Shown: one piece after another, positions 58,801-64,000 of the stretch
How the letters are laid out: every line of letters begins with the position of its first letter
How positions within the stretch are numbered: the first letter of the stretch is position 1
Assembly (NCBI GenBank): GCA_030704615.1
Contig: CM060733.1
Coordinates: 6,882,001 to 6,946,000 of the forward strand
Origin: Takakia lepidozioides
Lineage: Eukaryota; Plantae; Bryophyta
DNA length: 64,000 bases
Reading direction: 5' to 3'
The notes under the pieces: generated by a model
What the model was told of the DNA's origin: nothing
Seen by the model: only the letters and a program-made list of their open reading frames with translations
The model's database searches: none
Position numbers and translations under genes: made by a program

Positions 58801-61552
58801 ATGCGTGCACAGGGCAAGCTCTTATACGGATTGTCAAACAATCTGTACCAGTTGCGAGTTCTCAATACGAACCATCCCGTCTATCTGGCGCCGAGGAATG
58901 AACATGTGCCTACCCAGGTGTGTGCGATGAAACCAAGGCATCAGAATGATATTAACAATTCAAAATTCTTCGTCATTGGAGGCCAGCAAACAATTATGGC
59001 TGCAAAGGTATAGTACATCAACGTTTACCTCGCGCGATCGCGCGTGCTTCTATATTCTTCTCTGCTTTTATGAGAATCATCTTTCGGATATTTCTTTGTG
59101 TTGCCTCATTATCATTCTTGCGCGATCGCGCGTGCTTCTACTAGATGATTATATCAGATGCATCAACGACTTGTTTCTAAGAGATGCATAGCATGATAAG
59201 CAAGCACGCGCGATCGCGTGTGCTCCTTTCTAATTCAATTCCATGCTGATGTAAACATTTTCCAAATCAGGAACTCGTGAAGGAGATTACTGACTGGGAG
59301 CAGAGGGACTACCCAGCCGAATGGCCATCAATTATTCTTTGGTCAGATAGCAATAATCGATTGCTGAAAATTTCTAAGCTCCTGAACGACCCAAATAAAG
59401 CCCGAAAATTCGACACAACATTCCCGGAGAAAGTTGCTCACGCCAAGATGTATTATGAGTTGAGGGGGAAGCCCAAGAAATTCAACGATAACGTTTCCAA
59501 ATCTGAAACCGTTCAGTGGAAGGTAATCATTCAAACTTCCTTTATTGTTTAATGTTTTGTTGTACATTCACTAGAACTGTGTGGCCCTGTTGTGTGTTGG
59601 CCTGACATGCTGTTCTTGTTGACCAGGAATTTCTGCAAGTCTCACAACTTATATTGGAGATGCTTAGCGTTAAGGAGGCCATGACCTTGGTCCTTTGCGA
59701 TGACGATGTTTGGGAGAAGAGGCAGGAGGTTTTCAGAGAGTGGGAGAAATGAAACCTCTTGGACATTAACGGAAAGAAGCACAAGGATGTACAATCGCAG
59801 CTCACAAAATCTGCTTTCTGCAAACTCCAAGGATTGAACCCCCTTCAAATGAAGAAGGTTGCGCAGAAGATTTTGGACTTGAAGATATGTGTTCGTGGTC
59901 CTTACAAGGGAAAAGACCCCAAGATTCTCTGCATGTCCAATTACATCGATCGAATAAAGGACATGTAGTTTATCATCGATAAGGTCATGGTGGTATTGGG
60001 ATTTTATGCCAGGAGCAAGCAGCATCCAGAGCCGTACACAAAAGCACAATGGCTCGAAGTGAAGAAAATGTACAAGTTCAACAAGTCGGAGTTCGAGACA
60101 TTCCGATCGAAACTGGGGGCCAAATACATGAAAAACAAAGTGAACATGAATATGAAGACCGAGAAAGTGAATGACGCTTTCATCAAATACGTGCTTTCAT
60201 GCAAGAAAAGGGTTGAAGATATGGAGAAAGAAATGGGCAACCTCAAGGATACCTTCAAGTCACATTACCAATGCATAGGAGGGAAGCGGAGGTTCACGGA
60301 TGCCAAAACACAGTTGAAAATTATGAGAAAGAGGGATTTCATTAACATCGCAATGGTGTTCGTCAACACAGTCTGTGACGATCACTCAGTTGTTTTCATG
60401 CAAAGAAATTACCAAGAATATTTTCGATGCGTTCTTCGAACAGCAGCTGAGCTCTAAAGCATTTGTCTTCTTCTCGACACAGAGGTCATTTTCCAATCTG
60501 GTTTTGTACATAAGGTTTGGCGAGGGGTGGGACAAGTATATTCTACTTCAGGGGTTGTATTTTCCTGGAGAGTTCGACAATCTTTACAAGAGCCGGCCAA
60601 AGTCTTTTTCAAGGCCACTCATGTGCCTTGATTACGTATTTCCTGTTACAGCTGCCCAGATTGAGAACCACAAGGAGCACCTGCAGGGGGTCTTGATGTT
60701 CAGCCCCATTAAACCAGTGATTAAGGCTCCAGACACTGAGCTCACGGAACACGAGAAAGATTGTGCCGCTTATGAACACGAATTGCGGGCAGAGTCCAAC
60801 GACTACATTGCGTCCTTGTTCTGTGGCGAAGGAATGCCGGCTGTCAATCTTTTTGGAGGAGTAATGTTAACATCGGCTCTCCACGTAAGCAATTCCATTT
60901 CCATTTCCAATTCGATTTTCTTTTCCATTTCCATTTCCGAAACACATTCATCCTATTTACTCAATGGTTCGCATCTTTTGCAGGCCCTAGGAACGTCCGA
61001 GTCCTTGATATAAACCTGAAAAAGAAATTATGCGCGAATAAGGTTGCCGCAAACTACACACTCCTCCATACGGAGAATGAGGACGGAACCGAGGTTGGTG
61101 ATGACACAGGGGGAGGGCAGGAGACCCACAGGCACAATGGCGAAGAAAATGACGACGACGATGAAGATGACGAACAAAGAGATCTGGAGACAGAAGAAAA
61201 CCAAAAAGAAGGTGACGGAAACGAAACGTTGGACAAAAATGAAGAACTTGAGAGAGGTGAGGAAGACAAATGTGACTACCAACCCGATGATGCCGTCAAT
61301 AATTTCTTGCAAGAGGAGACAAAACAATTTGAGCAAGGCAAAAATCCACCAGCTGAACAAGCAGGGAGGGTATTATCCGAAGAAAGCCACCATCCACAGG
61401 CCTTGACAAATACCGGTGAAGGAGACAATCTAGAGACAACTGTGCTGGGTAGTTGCAAGGTTGAGTGGATAAAAAACGGCAGATCCTGCTCCATGAAAAG
61501 CCATGACAAAAAAACAAAAGTTGAGGATACTATCCCAAAATATTTTTTTTAG
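58801..61552 (+). pseudogene. Multi-exon gene divergent from the Sola-like transposase: putative ParB-like domain, degenerate beta-class DNA methyltransferase fold and acidic tail
   Basis: GT-AG introns 59008-59270, 59523-59626 and 60885-60983 join the ORFs (two internal stops, two frameshifts). Motifs FFVIGGQQTIMAAK; HELRAESNDYIASLFCGEGMPAVNLFGG...SALH; RNVRVLDIN. The gene model is better supported than the domain calls. Confidence 0.6.
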
Positions 61553-62129
61553 TGATAGATAATGGTATACTGAACATATTTAGTAAAGAGTCCTACCCCA
61601 AATATTAAATATATAATTCATTAAATATTTTAGTCTATTATTTAGAGAAATTATGAAAAACTAAAACTTAGAGTTTACAAAAACATTTCAATATGACACC
61701 TAGCCATTGAAGATTATAGGTTTTTATACTTCTAGAAAAAAAATGACACCCAAAATCCAAAAAACAAGATGAACTATGGACTTTTCAAAAAACGCCTATT
61801 TGTTTTACATATATTAGTATGAATCAAATGACAAATGATTTTGTCACTTCAAATCCATACCTATGATGTGGACCAAAATGACCACCTTATGTCCAAATTT
61901 CAATGGAATTCACTAATGGCACATATGAGAACTTGAGTCCATTGTAATTCCATTCATTGCGGTAACATTCCACAATGACGGTGTTCAAAAGTCCATAGCG
62001 GAGTCATTTCTTATCGGATTCATGATTGGAGAGTTGCTATAGCTGCGTATTGAAGCTAGGAATCCAATGACATATATATTTGCTGGTTTTAATGAGTTAA
62101 TTCAATTTCAATTGATGACACCATCAATT

Positions 62130-62262
62130 GCAATTTGTAATATAATTGAGGCTCCTTTGTTGAGTTGAAAATGGTATCCCACTCCACACAATCCACACAA
62201 TCCATCTTTGATTTCTTCAACGTAGAAACATGCGGAAGTCCAAGGTGTCATTCCAGCTTCAA
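62130..62262 (-). repeat. About 130-bp dispersed repeat, inverted copy of about 21800-21932
   Basis: Both share GAAGCTGGAATG.CACCT.GGACTTC...GGATTGTGTGGATTGTGTGGAGTGGGAT.CCATTTTCAACTCA.CAAAGGAGC. Confidence 0.7.
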
Positions 62263-64000
62263 TTGTGTTCGTTGCCAAAGTAAGTTTATTTGGGAAGAAG
62301 GCCAAGGCCTTGAAAAGCGTAGAAAACATAGCCTACTTGACATAAAAAGTTCTATTCTAAAGTTCTGTCCATTATTATTTGACCCACCGAGAGAGAGTGT
62401 AGTGCAGCCATTCTTTTAGTGGTGAATAATCGCCAGATTTTGACCTCGCGTGGGTCTTGGCGACAAAGGCAAAGGAAAATGAGGCTCTTTTTGCCAAAAG
62501 CTGATCTCGTGGGCCCACCTTTCACCATAGGGGCCGCAAGAGGGAGACACATGGCGCCATATAGAATGAAGGCAATTTACACCATATGAGCCAGATCCCA
62601 CCGACCACCTACACGACATTGCCCCCTTCCGAGTGGGCGGGAGGACTTGGAGCCAGCTATGCTGCCCATTTTTCTACATAAATATATGTATATATATGGG
62701 TAAGTTTAGTATGTATAGATAGACTTTGTAGTGATGAATTTGCAACACATATATGGGTAGCTTAGCGGTAGAGAACTCCCTTGGTAGCCATTCGACCTGG
62801 TGTTTTCAATTCCTAACACCTCAATATTTTTTCGATAGCAACCTGGTTTGGATGATAAAGTTCCTAAATATGAAAAAGGTGGCCGCGGAGGAGGGCAAAA
62901 GGGTGACTGTAGAGGAGGATGATAATCAAAAGGGTGGGAAAGGTTTACGAAACAGAATGAGAATGTCACTTATTCATTTTTTTGGGATGGAAGGACACAT
63001 GTCAGCAAGTTTAGAAAAAAGAACCCCAACATCTATAACGTGTCGTGACATATATCTTTACAAGCTTTGTGAGCCAAGTTACTTGGTAATTTTATTTGTA
63101 TTCCCAAGAGCTTTGCAAATGATGATACTTCTTCTCTATGTGCCATGTAGCATTAGACATGATCTTTTTGGGCCAGGGTTCAAATATGCCACTTAGTGTA
63201 GATTGACTGAAATGCAATATAAGCCAATTTAAGGTTTTGTACTTATGAGTGGTAGTTTAAATTTTTATTTTTTTGGTGGTGTTTGCCATAATTTCTGCCT
63301 AGTCTCCATGTTGAGAGCCTCCAATTTGCTATGTCAATTCTGGGTTATTTGCCTCAGCAAGTCTACTAGGTTTTAGGTTCATTCGCCCAACACCCGTTCA
63401 AATCGCCAACCATTTTGACTATGTATTTTGTACAAGCGCCATACATGCTCCTCTAGGTTCTCATGGATGCCACTTGTACTACAATGTAAATACCTGAAAA
63501 GAAACGCTGGTGTAGTGTGTCACGTGTACCCACTCTTGCCAGGCTAAACCCTAACAAATCATTTATCATAAACAAATATAGTAAAACTTGGATAAGTTAG
63601 GATTTTATGCCTTGGGAGCAACACAAAGATAACATTTACAATTTACAAATAAAGAGGATTACGGGTACAGTACCCCGCCCATCACTTGGAAGGCCACACT
63701 TGCAGAACCTGTGGATGTAGCTGGCATCGTTCCTCCATTTTTCTATTTTATCTTGTCTCTTCGGCTTACAGATGTCAGATTAAACAAGAGATAACATTCG
63801 TGCTCCATTCACGCTGTAGCCAATAATACACACAAGAATTAGAGTTGAAACACTGATTAGGGAAAAGGCAAGAACAATGTACGTACATAGGCCTCGCAGT
63901 CAGAACACCATAAGAGCTGAAGCAGTTCCATCTGCACTCCACAACCTGGTGACTTAACCATTTCAGAAGAGGGTTCTAAAAAAGGTGAGCACCTTATTCC

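Noticed and set aside
61770-62000. TIR of the Sola-like element (CTATGGACTTTT / AAAAGTCCATAG)
   Set aside because: A local 12-bp inverted pair with no identifiable partner or TSD at the other end of the element.
63880-64000. Possible exon of a gene running off the window (minus strand, GT donor-like site near 63886)
   Set aside because: Too short and no recognisable protein motif.

Overview
Repeat-rich nuclear DNA of a land plant, most likely a non-seed plant (bryophyte, lycophyte or fern; inferred from the transposon families, PLS-type PPR remnants and TTTAGGG-like motifs). Two host genes look intact: a three-exon LRR-XI (PEPR-like) receptor kinase (minus strand, 8213-12589) and tRNA-Asn(GTT) (15498-15571). 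Most of the rest is mobile or decayed DNA. There are two diverged copies of a large Sola1/DUF7869-like DDD transposon; the second is split by a nested pair of chromoviral Ty3/gypsy elements. A PIF/Harbinger element carries a ~182-bp satellite array between its two genes, with a 4-mer higher-order repeat and a fold-back inversion. Also present are PHD-finger Ty3/gypsy remnants with tiny VNTR LTRs, a copia relic, several MITEs, a PPR pseudogene and a multi-copy decayed module. The most unusual signal is an intron-containing pseudogene (about 58.8-61.55 kb) lying head-to-head with the Sola-like transposase. It appears to encode a ParB-like N-terminal domain fused to a degenerate beta-class (N4C/N6A) DNA methyltransferase fold, with a recurring CGCGCGATCGCGCG palindrome in and around both genes. 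All domain assignments are by-eye motif recognition, not database searches.
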